Notes: generated from the sequence alone by a model not told the origin. 24,000 bases of DNA from Metasolibacillus fluoroglycofenilyticus (GCF_003049645.1 NZ_PYWK01000001.1:1123487-1147486); one strand, 5' to 3'; counted from the first letter of the stretch, positions 15,187 to 23,666 are shown. Made by a program: numbers and translations.

Positions 15187-15351
15187 TTGAAGAGCGGCAG
15201 TACATTGGGCGAGCTTCTACAGCCTATTAGTATTTTGCTATTTATGGCTGTCGTTTTGATGGGCATTGGCATTAATATAATGGCGAAAAAGCAGATACAT
15301 GAAGGGAGGCAGCCTCTTGTATATTTGAAGAGGCTGCCAATTCGCCGATAA
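15187..15351 (+). CDS. Candidate 54-codon small single-TM ORF (TTG start), or the remnant of a membrane protein C-terminus
   Basis: Translation is (M)KSGSTLGELLQPISILLFMAVVLMGIGINIMAKKQIHEGRQPLVYLKRLPIRR. The SD is weak (AAGGT). The ORF is below the track cutoff. Confidence 0.2.
   Translation: MKSGSTLGELLQPISILLFMAVVLMGIGINIMAKKQIHEGRQPLVYLKRLPIRR
15308..15338. other. Perfect 11-bp GC-rich hairpin without a U-tract
   Basis: The arms GGCAGCCTCTT / AAGAGGCTGCC flank a 9-nt loop. It lies between convergent transcription units. Confidence 0.5.
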
Positions 15352-15377
15352 ACTTCAGAAAAGCACTGATATATTTT

Positions 15378-15767
15378 TTACTCCTTCACAGACAGATAAA
15401 TTTTCACTGTGCCGTCTTGTGCATAGTATTCAAAATCTGTTTTATAGGCCCTTGCGATGTCACTTTGCCAAATTTCAGTCCATGCAAGAAAAACACCATT
15501 TTCTTGTGATGCATCGACAACGATTACTACATATTGCCCAGTAGGTATAATGATACCTTCTTCATTTGCCCCATTCACTTCTGTGCCAATATATAAATCA
15601 TAATCGCCAGTAAAGTCACTTTCATAATTATGATAGATGGCAAAAATATCTCCTTGCAAGCCGCTAGCCATTACATTCTCCCAAAGCTGCCCAATCGCTT
15701 TTGGGGTTGCATTATTTGTACGAATGCCTGTACCAACAATGTGTTTCTCTGTGAAAAGTGTTTTCAT
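15378..15767 (-). CDS. GyrI-like small-molecule/effector-binding domain protein
   Basis: The ATG at 15767 is preceded by AAGGAGG. The pattern is ...GIRTNN....I..LW....A....DIFAIY.NYESDFTGDYDLYIG.... The track start at 15818 is rejected. Confidence 0.65.
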   Translation of the reverse strand: MKTLFTEKHIVGTGIRTNNATPKAIGQLWENVMASGLQGDIFAIYHNYESDFTGDYDLYIGTEVNGANEEGIIIPTGQYVVIVVDASQENGVFLAWTEIWQSDIARAYKTDFEYYAQDGTVKIYLSVKE

Positions 15768-15825
15768 ATTAATAACCTCCTTGTTTCTACACTTAGCATA
15801 GCGAACAAAATATGACAACTGTCTG

Positions 15826-16716
15826 TCAGCTTTCCAAAATCTTTTTAATTTCTTCTAAATGCTTTTGCTGAAGCCAAGCGGGTGCAAGGATTTTCACTTT
15901 ACTGCCAAACATGCGAATAAAGGGAAGGATATCATTTGTTATATCATAATGAAATTTTGCAATAATATGCTCTGAATGAATAGCAAGCTCCCCCTCTGTG
16001 AAAAAATCGTAGAGCTTGCCATGTTCACTTAGCCCGAATTGTAAAATGATTTGCTCAAGTTCAACAGGTCGCTCAGTTGTGGACACAAGAAGAGGCTGTT
16101 TGATAGTTGCTTCAATAGTTTCCATTGTACGGATTCTTGTCAGCTTAAAAAATCGATAAGCCTCTCGCAGCTGACAAAAGGCTTCTGCATACCAGCTCCC
16201 GTTTTGTAAATGTAGCTTGATAGGCAAGACGGTGCGTGTAGTAAAATGACCATTTTGCGCTACGTATGAAATTTCAATTGCTTGTTCATTTTCAATAAAG
16301 GCTAAAAGCTGTTGTATTTTATTCTTTGTCTGTTGTTCAATAATATTTCGGTGCAATGTTGCGTTCGACAATGTAAAGCTAATATCATACTCTTCTTGAA
16401 AAAGAGCAAGCTTTTGCTGTAAATTTGCAAGCTGCTGTTCTTCAAAAAGCTCATTTCCAAGTGTAATGCCATCCATTACTAATTTCTTTTCCGTATCACT
16501 AAATGTTAATTTATTAAGCTGATAACGGTCAGCCAATGTAAAGCCGCCGTTTTTACCTAGATGTGACACAATCGGAATACCTGCTGCACATAATGAGTCG
16601 ATATCTCGATAAATTGTTCGTTTGCTTACTTCTAGTCTTTCAGCTAATTCATCAGCAGTTACGATTCGTTTATGCAATAAAAACACAACGATGGCAAACA
16701 TTCTTTCTACTTTCAT
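15826..16716 (-). CDS. HTH plus WYL domain transcriptional regulator (YafY-like)
   Basis: The ATG at 16716 is preceded by AGGAGG. The N-terminus MKVERMFAIVVFLLHKRIVTADELAERLEVSKRTIYRDIDSL is a typical HTH_11/DeoR-like region, and the central region is WYL-like. Confidence 0.8.
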   Translation of the reverse strand: MKVERMFAIVVFLLHKRIVTADELAERLEVSKRTIYRDIDSLCAAGIPIVSHLGKNGGFTLADRYQLNKLTFSDTEKKLVMDGITLGNELFEEQQLANLQQKLALFQEEYDISFTLSNATLHRNIIEQQTKNKIQQLLAFIENEQAIEISYVAQNGHFTTRTVLPIKLHLQNGSWYAEAFCQLREAYRFFKLTRIRTMETIEATIKQPLLVSTTERPVELEQIILQFGLSEHGKLYDFFTEGELAIHSEHIIAKFHYDITNDILPFIRMFGSKVKILAPAWLQQKHLEEIKKILES

Positions 16717-16827
16717 TGTTACAACCTCCTTCAATGCACTTCTTCAATTATACAGCTATGCTTGTTGCTTAATTATCTACAGAATAATACAAAAATTTGC
16801 TATTATAAAGCTAGGAGGGGATTGAAA

Positions 16828-17721
16828 ATGAAGCATTTTATTTCTAAAGAACATGCAATTTATGCCATGAGTGCAGACAATCAACCTGTGTGTATAGTGC
16901 AAAGTGGAGACACGGTTGTGTTTGAGGCGTATGATTGCTTCACAGACCAAATTACAAGCGAAGATCAAGTAGTTGAGGCACTTGATTGGAACAAAATTAA
17001 TCCGGCGACAGGACCTATTTTTGTAGAAGGAGCTAAGCAAGGCGATGTATTAGAAGTGGAAATTCATACAATTGATATTGGTGATACTGTAACCTTAATG
17101 ACTGGTCCTGAATTAGGCGTACTCGGTGATGAGTTAGATACAATGACGATTAAACGTGCGCCTATTGTCGATGACGAGATACTGTTTACGGAGGATATAA
17201 AAATCCCCGTTAACAAAATGATAGGTGTCATTGGCACAGCGCCGGCAAATGGTGCCATAAGCTGCGGTGTACCTGATGCGCATGGGGGCAATATGGATAC
17301 AACAGCTATTACAGAGGGCGCAAAGCTCTATTTACCGGTAAATGTCGAAGGGGCTTTGCTTGCACTAGGGGATTGCCATGCTGCGATGGGCGATGGCGAA
17401 GTATCGGTTTGTGGCGGAGAAGTGCCTGCGCAAGTAACAGTGACAGTGCGCGTTCTGAAAAATCACACTGTGCCAACCCCCTACTTAATTAAGGATGATG
17501 CAATTAGCACAATTGCCTCAGCGAAAACATTGGATGAAGCTGCGGTGATGGCGACGAAAAATATGGTGCGCGTTGTGAGGCAATCGACCGCTTTAACAGA
17601 TGCGGAGGCAATCCATTTATTATCGCTTGCAGGACAGCTGCGCATTAGTCAAATTGTTGACCCGAATAAAACAGCACGGATGGAGTTGCCGCTGCGTTAT
17701 TTGAAAAATTTCCCGCAATAG
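16828..17721 (+). CDS. Acetamidase/formamidase family protein
   Basis: The ATG at 16828 follows AGGAGGGG. FmdA/AmdA-like motifs are present (...NPATGPIFVEGA..GD.L.V.I..., ...HGGNMD..., ...GDCHAAMGDGEV...). Confidence 0.85.
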   Translation: MKHFISKEHAIYAMSADNQPVCIVQSGDTVVFEAYDCFTDQITSEDQVVEALDWNKINPATGPIFVEGAKQGDVLEVEIHTIDIGDTVTLMTGPELGVLGDELDTMTIKRAPIVDDEILFTEDIKIPVNKMIGVIGTAPANGAISCGVPDAHGGNMDTTAITEGAKLYLPVNVEGALLALGDCHAAMGDGEVSVCGGEVPAQVTVTVRVLKNHTVPTPYLIKDDAISTIASAKTLDEAAVMATKNMVRVVRQSTALTDAEAIHLLSLAGQLRISQIVDPNKTARMELPLRYLKNFPQ

Positions 17722-17724
17722 CGA

Positions 17725-17753
17725 TTGAAATGATGTGATTCATTTGCTATGAT
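17725..17753 (+). promoter_or_regulatory. Sigma-A promoter, TTGAAA-17-TATGAT, for the T-box leader
   Basis: TTGAAA lies at 17725-17730 and TATGAT at 17748-17753. Confidence 0.6.
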
Positions 17754-17774
17754 TGAATGCAAATATTTAATTCG

Positions 17775-17992
17775 TTGATGTGCCCAAGTAAATAAAGAAT
17801 TGTGAAACAGAGAGTATAGCAAAAGCTGAGAGCTATATCACCGCTTCTTTATTGAAACCTAGCACGGAGAAGTGCCGACTCGTTGCCGTTATCCAACGTT
17901 AGAGGGCTTTAATTGATTAAAGCTAAAAATAGGTGGTACCACGTTTATTATGCATAAAGACGTCCTAATTCAGGATGGCTTTATGCTTTTTT
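17775..17992 (+). promoter_or_regulatory. T-box riboswitch with a proline (CCU) specifier
   Basis: Stem I has AGTA on its 5' side and GAAA-CCT-A on its 3' side (specifier about 17857-17859). The T-box sequence AATAGGTGGTACCACG lies at 17927-17943. The terminator at 17952-17986 is followed by TTTTTT. Confidence 0.85.
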
Positions 17993-18014
17993 ATTTTTGA
18001 ATTAAAGGAGTGTA

Positions 18015-19442
18015 TTGTTTATGCAACAAGAAAATGAATTTACGAAATGGTATTTGAAAACAATTCAAGATGCGGAGTTAATGGATTATACACCTGTTCG
18101 CGGCTGTATTACGTTTCGACCAGATGGCTATGAAATTTGGGAGCATATTCAAGCTGCTATGGACCAGCGTTTTAAAGAGACAGGGCATCGCAATGCTTAT
18201 TTCCCGATGTTAATTCCTGAATCATTTTTCGAAAAGGAAAAGGACCATATTGAAGGCTTTTCACCTGAGTTGCCATGGGTGACGGAGGCGGCAGGAGAGC
18301 CTTTGGAGGAACGATTAGCTTTGCGACCAACATCTGAAACGATGATTGGGCATCTTTATGCAAAATGGGTGAAAAGCTATCGTGATTTACCACTGCTGTT
18401 AAATCAATGGGCGAATGTTTTCCGATGGGAGAAGAAAACATTGCCGTTTATCCGTACATCGGAGTTTTTGTGGCAGGAGGGACATACTGCACATGAAAAT
18501 GAGAAAGAGGCGCGTCAGGAAACGATGCAAATGCTCGCTATTTATAAGGAGGTCGTAGAAAATATTTTAGCGATTCCTGTATATGAGGGCACAAAAACAG
18601 AGTCAGAGCGATTTGCTGGTGCTGTCGATACATTTTCAATTGAAGCGATGATGAAGGATGGCAAGGCGGTACAGGCAGGTACATCTCACTATTTAGGGAC
18701 AAAGTTTGCAGAGGCCTTTGATATTAAATACCTTAACAAAAATAATGAGCATCAGTATGTGCATACGACTTCTTGGGGTACTTCGACACGACTAATTGGC
18801 TCAGTCATTATGGTGCATGGCGATGAAAAAGGATTGGTTTTACCACCGAAAATTGCCCCAACACAGGTCGTGCTAATGCCAGTCGGTCCATTTAAAAAGC
18901 ATCCAGAAATTTTAGAGAAGCTTGAGGAAATTCAACTAGCTTTAAAGGGTAAAGGCATCCGTGCGAAGCTAGATGATACAGACCAAACAGCAGGCTTTAA
19001 ATTTAACAAATGGGAGCAAAAAGGCGCTGCTTTGCGTGTTGAGCTTGGCCCTCGTGATTATCAAAATGGGCAAGCGATAGTTAAAACTCGTGATGAAGAG
19101 GAGAAACAAACAGTGAGTTTGGCACAATTAATCACAGTCATTGAGGAAGAGCTTGAAGTCATGCAGACACGTCTTTTGACAAAGGCGCGCGCGTTTAGAG
19201 ATGCCCACTCTCATACGGCAATCGACACAATGACACAGCTTGAGCAACATATCGAAGCAAACAAAGTGCCAGGTTGGATTTTAGCAGGCTGGTGTGGCAG
19301 TGTGGAATGTGAGCAAAAGGTAAAGGAACAAACAAAATTCACAACACGTAATATCCCATTCAATTCGCCTATCGAAAAGAAGACATGCATTTGCTGTGAG
19401 CAACCAGCTCAGCATACGGTTTGGTTTGCTAGAGCTTATTGA
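18015..19442 (+). CDS. proS: Prolyl-tRNA synthetase, archaeal/eukaryotic-like type (no INS editing domain)
   Basis: About 475 aa of class II aaRS core plus an anticodon-binding domain. The C-terminal domain is Cys-rich and ends ...WFARAY. The start is either TTG at 18015 or ATG at 18021. Confidence 0.9.
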   Translation: MFMQQENEFTKWYLKTIQDAELMDYTPVRGCITFRPDGYEIWEHIQAAMDQRFKETGHRNAYFPMLIPESFFEKEKDHIEGFSPELPWVTEAAGEPLEERLALRPTSETMIGHLYAKWVKSYRDLPLLLNQWANVFRWEKKTLPFIRTSEFLWQEGHTAHENEKEARQETMQMLAIYKEVVENILAIPVYEGTKTESERFAGAVDTFSIEAMMKDGKAVQAGTSHYLGTKFAEAFDIKYLNKNNEHQYVHTTSWGTSTRLIGSVIMVHGDEKGLVLPPKIAPTQVVLMPVGPFKKHPEILEKLEEIQLALKGKGIRAKLDDTDQTAGFKFNKWEQKGAALRVELGPRDYQNGQAIVKTRDEEEKQTVSLAQLITVIEEELEVMQTRLLTKARAFRDAHSHTAIDTMTQLEQHIEANKVPGWILAGWCGSVECEQKVKEQTKFTTRNIPFNSPIEKKTCICCEQPAQHTVWFARAY

Positions 19443-19558
19443 TGATGGTTGAAATTCCCTTTCATTCTTTTTATACTACTTATAAGTGAAATGGTAGGGA
19501 AAAATATAAAGGCTATCTGTCTAGTAAATATTTGCAGTGAAAGAAACATCTATAGACA

Positions 19559-19610
19559 GAAGGCGCATTGAAATGTTAAGTACATTTCAATGCGCCTTCT
19601 TTGTTTTTTT
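19559..19610 (+). terminator. Very strong intrinsic terminator (17-bp stem)
   Basis: The arms GAAGGCGCATTGAAATG / CATTTCAATGCGCCTTC are followed by TTTGTTTTTTT. Confidence 0.9.
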
Positions 19611-19691
19611 ATTCCAGACTACAAAAATAAAATGAACTTTCTTGAACTCCCGTTTGTATAGTAAGTAAATAAATGAATAGGGCGTGTTCGA

Positions 19692-20411
19692 ATGAAACTT
19701 TCTTTACAAGACATTATGAAAACATATAACGGACAGGTAGTTTTAAATCGATTTTCTGCCACATTTTCAGCAGGAGGCTGCTATTTGTTGCTAGGGGAAA
19801 ATGGCGCAGGGAAATCGACGCTAGCAAAATGCATTGCGGGAGATATTGTTTATGATAGCGGGACAATGCATTATCAACGTAACCGCCTAGTAGCAGAAGA
19901 TGTAGCGTTACAGTACCAAGCATTTGATAGCTATAGCCATTTGAAAATTGCTGAGGTAATTCGTCTTTTTCAAGCGTTGACAGGGAGTTCAAAGGATTTA
20001 ACAGAGCTACATAACTTGCTAGAACTTACTACATATAGCCATGTTTTAGTAAAAAATGCCTCTGGTGGTCAACGCAAGGCATTGTCAATTTATTTAGCGT
20101 TTTTATTAAATAAACCAATTATTTTGCTTGATGAGCCGTTTGCAGATTTGGATTTAATGAAGAAAAAACAGTTTGCTGCCTTTTTACAAAAGGAGATTAA
20201 ACAGTCGCAGTGCATTATCATCGTAATTAGCCATGAAGTAGCAGGCTTTGAATCGCTATTCGATGCGATTTATATTTTACAAAATGGTCAGCTAGCAGAT
20301 TACGGTACATTAAATGTTTTGGAGGAAAAATACCCGAACTCTATGCTTAAGGGTATTGAAGGCATTTATTTTGAAGTAACAGGAAAAGTATTAGGAGGGC
20401 GAGTAGGATGA
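19692..20411 (+). CDS. ABC transporter ATP-binding protein
   Basis: Walker A is GENGAGKST, the signature is ASGGQRKAL and Walker B is ILLDEP. Confidence 0.9.
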   Translation: MKLSLQDIMKTYNGQVVLNRFSATFSAGGCYLLLGENGAGKSTLAKCIAGDIVYDSGTMHYQRNRLVAEDVALQYQAFDSYSHLKIAEVIRLFQALTGSSKDLTELHNLLELTTYSHVLVKNASGGQRKALSIYLAFLLNKPIILLDEPFADLDLMKKKQFAAFLQKEIKQSQCIIIVISHEVAGFESLFDAIYILQNGQLADYGTLNVLEEKYPNSMLKGIEGIYFEVTGKVLGGRVG

Positions 20412-21154
20412 TAAAACAAATTACACACACATTTATGTTAGAAAGCATGCGTAATTATGGAGTAGGCTTTGGCAATGTGTTACCAGCATTTATTTTTTTT
20501 ATCATGTCCTTTATTATAAAGTTTGTTGTTAATGAGGAAACATTTCAATACATGGTGAAGGGACAGTTTTTGCCAGTTTCAATTTTGCTACTGCTATTCT
20601 CTTTTGCTTTTTCGAGTGCTACGATTTATTTAGCAGATATGAAGGCAAATCGCACATTTGATTGGCTAAAGCGTACAAAAGTTGCACCTTCTACTTATTA
20701 TATTGGGATGGGTATCGGTGTATTTGCATTAGTAAATATTGCATTAATATTGTTATTAGGTTGCTATAAACTATTAATTGATATTACTTGGAGTAATTTT
20801 TTACTTATATTATTAATGTGCAATTTCGTTTTGCTTGCATTATATCCATTAAGCTTTATTTTGGCAGGGCTTTTTAAAAATGGCAAAGTGGCACAAAGTA
20901 TGCTTGTGCCAACGATGATTTTATTGATGTTTTCGATAACGATGACAACGATGTTCTTAACGCTTGCGGGCAAGGATCCACAGCAATATTTTATTTTTTT
21001 AGTGTGGAATCCAATGCTTTATTTGAATGATAGCTTACAATATTATTTAGGCTTAACGACAAATACATGGCTTCCCTTGTATCAGTATTGTATTATTTTG
21101 GCAGGTTGGAGCTTAATACTTATGCTGATTGCACGCAAAGTTTATCCCGTATGA
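20408..21154 (+). CDS. ABC-2 type transporter permease
   Basis: 248 aa with about 6 TM segments. An ATGA overlap links it to the ATPase gene. Confidence 0.75.
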   Translation: MIKQITHTFMLESMRNYGVGFGNVLPAFIFFIMSFIIKFVVNEETFQYMVKGQFLPVSILLLLFSFAFSSATIYLADMKANRTFDWLKRTKVAPSTYYIGMGIGVFALVNIALILLLGCYKLLIDITWSNFLLILLMCNFVLLALYPLSFILAGLFKNGKVAQSMLVPTMILLMFSITMTTMFLTLAGKDPQQYFIFLVWNPMLYLNDSLQYYLGLTTNTWLPLYQYCIILAGWSLILMLIARKVYPV

Positions 21155-21300
21155 ACAGGCTGTAAGATCCTCCTTCAAAAACACCAGATAAAATCAGGCC
21201 GTTGAAGTGGGGGATCAAACAGCCTGTAAAAACCCGATTGGTGAAACTACTAATCAGTGGGGGGATGAGGACCCCCACTGATTGAAGATTCACTTTATCA
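21143..21300 (+). repeat. Structured dispersed repeat, copy A (about 158 nt)
   Basis: It aligns with 23667-23820 at roughly two-thirds identity by eye. It contains a 12-bp hairpin at 21252-21263 / 21272-21283 and overlaps the last 12 nt of the permease CDS. Confidence 0.75.
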
Positions 21301-21316
21301 CAGATAGGAGGAAAGA

Positions 21317-21700
21317 ATGATGGGAGCTGGCTGGATTGTTTCGCTAATTGTTGGAGGGCTATGGATAATTATCATTTTAGCAATTATTATACCCTTTGAC
21401 AGAAAGCATATTGTACGAGAAAATCGCAAAATTAATTATCGTAAAACGACGATTTATTTGCGCTGGAATGTTTTTGATACATTAATATTTGTTTTAGGCA
21501 TTTATACAATTGTTTGTGTGCAGGCTTTAAATATGCTGATTTCAAGAGGGGAAGATGTAACGAGCCCTTATGTTCAATTTTTTACAAATCAATCACAAGT
21601 ATGGGTGATTATTATTGTGATTTATTCATTTGTACGTATATCAAGCACTTTAAAATCCATCAAAGCCCACTTGGAGGATGAGCTAGATGATGACAAATGA
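21317..21700 (+). CDS. Small membrane protein (about 3 TM) of unknown function
   Basis: 127 aa. AGGAGG lies at 21306-21311. Its 3' end overlaps the sigma factor start by 14 nt. Confidence 0.6.
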   Translation: MMGAGWIVSLIVGGLWIIIILAIIIPFDRKHIVRENRKINYRKTTIYLRWNVFDTLIFVLGIYTIVCVQALNMLISRGEDVTSPYVQFFTNQSQVWVIIIVIYSFVRISSTLKSIKAHLEDELDDDK

Positions 21701-22214
21701 AGATTTAATGTTTGCTTATCAAAAGGGGGATGCTGAGGCGTTTAATAACCTGTATAATCAATTGTATAAGCCTTTGTACAGCTTTTTATTTCGCTATACG
21801 GGTGAGGAACAGTTAAGTATTGATATTGTACAGGATACATTTGAGCAGCTACAAAAAAAGCGTCAAGATTTTGATGTGCAAAAGGGCACTGTAAAATCAT
21901 ACATATTTCAAATTGGCTATCGTTTATTAATTAATAAGCTTAATCGTAGGAAAAAGTGGCGTAGCTTTTTTCCATTTTTAGTACCTATGCAGATGACTTC
22001 TTTTTCAACGGAGGATAAGCTTGTGGTGCAGCAAGCGATTGCCAAGCTACCAGAAAAGCAGCGCGGTGTTATTTTACTTGCGTACTATCATGATTTGCAG
22101 CAGGATGATATTGCTAAAATTTTAGCGATACCTGTTGGGACGGTTAAGTCGAGATTACATCAAGCATTAAAGCGTTTAAAAGAGGAGTTGGAGGAGGATT
22201 TTCATGCTGAATAA
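21687..22214 (+). CDS. ECF-type RNA polymerase sigma-70 family factor
   Basis: 175 aa. The region 2-like segment is DIVQDTFEQL...YIFQIGYRLLINKLNRRKK. The region 4 HTH is LPEKQRGVILLAYYHDLQQDDIAKILAIPVGTVKSRLHQALKRLK. Confidence 0.85.
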   Translation: MMTNEDLMFAYQKGDAEAFNNLYNQLYKPLYSFLFRYTGEEQLSIDIVQDTFEQLQKKRQDFDVQKGTVKSYIFQIGYRLLINKLNRRKKWRSFFPFLVPMQMTSFSTEDKLVVQQAIAKLPEKQRGVILLAYYHDLQQDDIAKILAIPVGTVKSRLHQALKRLKEELEEDFHAE

Positions 22215-22458
22215 GGAATGGAAAAAGGAGCAAAAGCTACAGCAGCACCTTGACCAATTTGAGGTGCAAATCCCTGAGAAGCTAGCGACCTATAAAAAAA
22301 GTCGCTTAGACCGTTTTATTACATATTTAGGTTCACCTGCGAAAGACCCATTGGAGAAATGGAACAGTACATCAGCAGGCTACACAGCACTGCGTATTAT
22401 GCCGATTGTTTGCGGGTTAGTACTGGCAATTGTGCAGTGGCTAAGCATTGGAATATAA
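22204..22458 (+). CDS. Small C-terminally anchored membrane protein, a possible anti-sigma factor
   Basis: 84 aa. It overlaps the sigma gene end by 11 nt and has one C-terminal TM helix. No zf-HC2 motif is recognisable. Confidence 0.4.
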   Translation: MLNKEWKKEQKLQQHLDQFEVQIPEKLATYKKSRLDRFITYLGSPAKDPLEKWNSTSAGYTALRIMPIVCGLVLAIVQWLSIGI

Positions 22459-22584
22459 GTTGAAAATAATGAGTAGCCTGCGAGCATTTCAATAGGCTGT
22501 ATTTATTTTTAATTCAAAGGAAAAGCTACACACCCTAGTGTTTATCATATTTTTTCAGAGAAACTCTTCTTTATTATCGACAAA

Positions 22585-22623
22585 GGCGTCCAAAAGCAGG
22601 CAATGCACTACTTTTTGGATGCC
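22585..22623 (-). terminator. Terminator hairpin, copy 3 of the repeat family
   Basis: The arms GGCGTCCAAAAG / CTTTTTGGATGCC flank the loop CAGGCAATGCACTA. It lies 10 nt downstream of the GNAT stop on the minus strand. Confidence 0.65.
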
Positions 22624-22632
22624 CTCGCCCCA

Positions 22633-23427
22633 TTAGTTTTTATAACGTAACATATTCCAAAAGCCGATATCCTCAAAGCCTAGACGTTTATAAATAGCAC
22701 CAGCGGCAGGGTTGTCATAAAAAAGGCACAGTGATTTGCCTTCGTCTAGTAGCTCGCTACAAAGCTTTTGCATACATTTTGTGGCGTAGCCTTTTTTCTT
22801 ATAGTTTTCAAGTGTAGCAACAGCAACAACCATGGCGGATAGGCTGTTTTCAGCTGTCGTCGAAGCTGTTGAAACCATTACACCATCTTCTCGCATAAAA
22901 TAAGTGCGTCCTGTTTTGCTTTCTAATACGCGTAGCTTTCCCTCAACTGTAATGGGGGTGCCTTCGAACTCAGGAATGGTCGATAATAATGCAATATTTT
23001 CCTCAATTTCGTCGCGTGTAAGGAGTTCAACATGTTGTAACTCTTGCTCCTCATAAATTTTTTGCAACTCCGTACATTTCGCATAATAAAGCTCTTGTTT
23101 TTTGAACAATTCTTTATGAATATAGGGCTCAAGCAGGTCTGTAAGATGCTTGAGACCAGATAGCTCAGTCATCTCGTCGTCGCTGTTTATAATAGCTGCA
23201 AAGCCTTGTACATCGAAGGCTCCTTGTGCATAAGGGATATAGTTGCTCTCATATTTTAGCAGAACAGCGATTAGCTCCTCTCCTTCAAACTGTCCCCAAA
23301 TTTTTTGAAATGGCTGGTCGTAGCCAAATGCCTCAATATCTCCAATAATGAAAAGATTTTCAGCGGGCTGCTGTTGGACGAGTGCCATGCAAATGTCGTG
23401 GTCTGCTGTAGTCAAAAGTCGTATCAT
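22633..23427 (-). CDS. GNAT family N-acetyltransferase (two-lobed, FR47-like C-terminus)
   Basis: 264 aa. The C-terminal acetyl-CoA-binding region reads ...LENYKKKGYATKCMQKLCSELLDEGKSLCLFYDNPAAGAIYKRLGFE. Confidence 0.8.
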   Translation of the reverse strand: MIRLLTTADHDICMALVQQQPAENLFIIGDIEAFGYDQPFQKIWGQFEGEELIAVLLKYESNYIPYAQGAFDVQGFAAIINSDDEMTELSGLKHLTDLLEPYIHKELFKKQELYYAKCTELQKIYEEQELQHVELLTRDEIEENIALLSTIPEFEGTPITVEGKLRVLESKTGRTYFMREDGVMVSTASTTAENSLSAMVVAVATLENYKKKGYATKCMQKLCSELLDEGKSLCLFYDNPAAGAIYKRLGFEDIGFWNMLRYKN

Positions 23428-23521
23428 GGTATCTCCTCCTTAAAAGGTAAATTAATGCAATGATAGAGAAAAAGTTTCCATATGTCAACCGTATTTTAAC
23501 AGAAATTTTGCAAAACGTAGA

Positions 23522-23549
23522 ATAAAAAAGCGAGGGGCAATGCCCTCAC
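23522..23549 (-). terminator. Candidate minus-strand intrinsic terminator
   Basis: The stem GAGGG / CCCTC has a 6-nt loop. On the minus strand it is followed by GCTTTTTTATT. Confidence 0.4.
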
Positions 23550-23666
23550 TTTCATTCGCAATAAATCGATTCAAGCTCACTCTTATTTAAGGTTAACACC
23601 GCTAAAGTTGATGTTTTCCCTCATTCTCAAAGAAAGCTTATATTTTTTTCATAGGAGCTACCATTG

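Noticed and set aside
15826-16716. The WYL-domain regulator as a marker of a phage-defence island (BrxR/CapW-like).
   Set aside because: The neighbouring genes are a GyrI-like protein and an amidase. No nuclease, helicase, methylase, cyclase, TIR or other defence-type genes lie within reach.
19441-19558. A possible sRNA or regulatory element between the proS stop and its terminator, based on the 10-bp palindrome ACTTATAAGT at 19478-19487 and a CTGTCTA/TAGACAG stem at 19517-19559.
   Set aside because: The palindromes are short and AT-rich, of a kind expected by chance in this composition. There is no promoter and no conserved partner elsewhere in the window.
21687-22214. The ECF sigma in this window might itself be SigW and so account for the TGAAAC-N16/17-CGTA promoters at 10682-11452.
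   Set aside because: The sequence does not resemble B. subtilis SigW as I recall it, and the gene context (no rsiW-like zf-HC2 anti-sigma) differs. The TGAAAC at 21241 inside repeat A is not followed by CGTA at the correct distance, so no autoregulatory sigma-W-type promoter is seen.
188-23132. Many 60-100 aa ORFs in the six-frame track lie antisense to or out of frame with the large genes. Examples are 188..394-, 458..664-, 1376..1618-, 2088..2288-, 2438..2638+, 3598..3828-, 6376..6639-, 7650..8001-, 8159..8693, 12809..13411+, 16563..17291, 18172..18441-, 19714..19992-, 20764..20973- and 22923..23132-.
   Set aside because: Each is fully embedded in a longer ORF with clear family motifs. They lack SD sequences and have low-complexity or Cys/Ser/Leu-rich shadow-frame composition.
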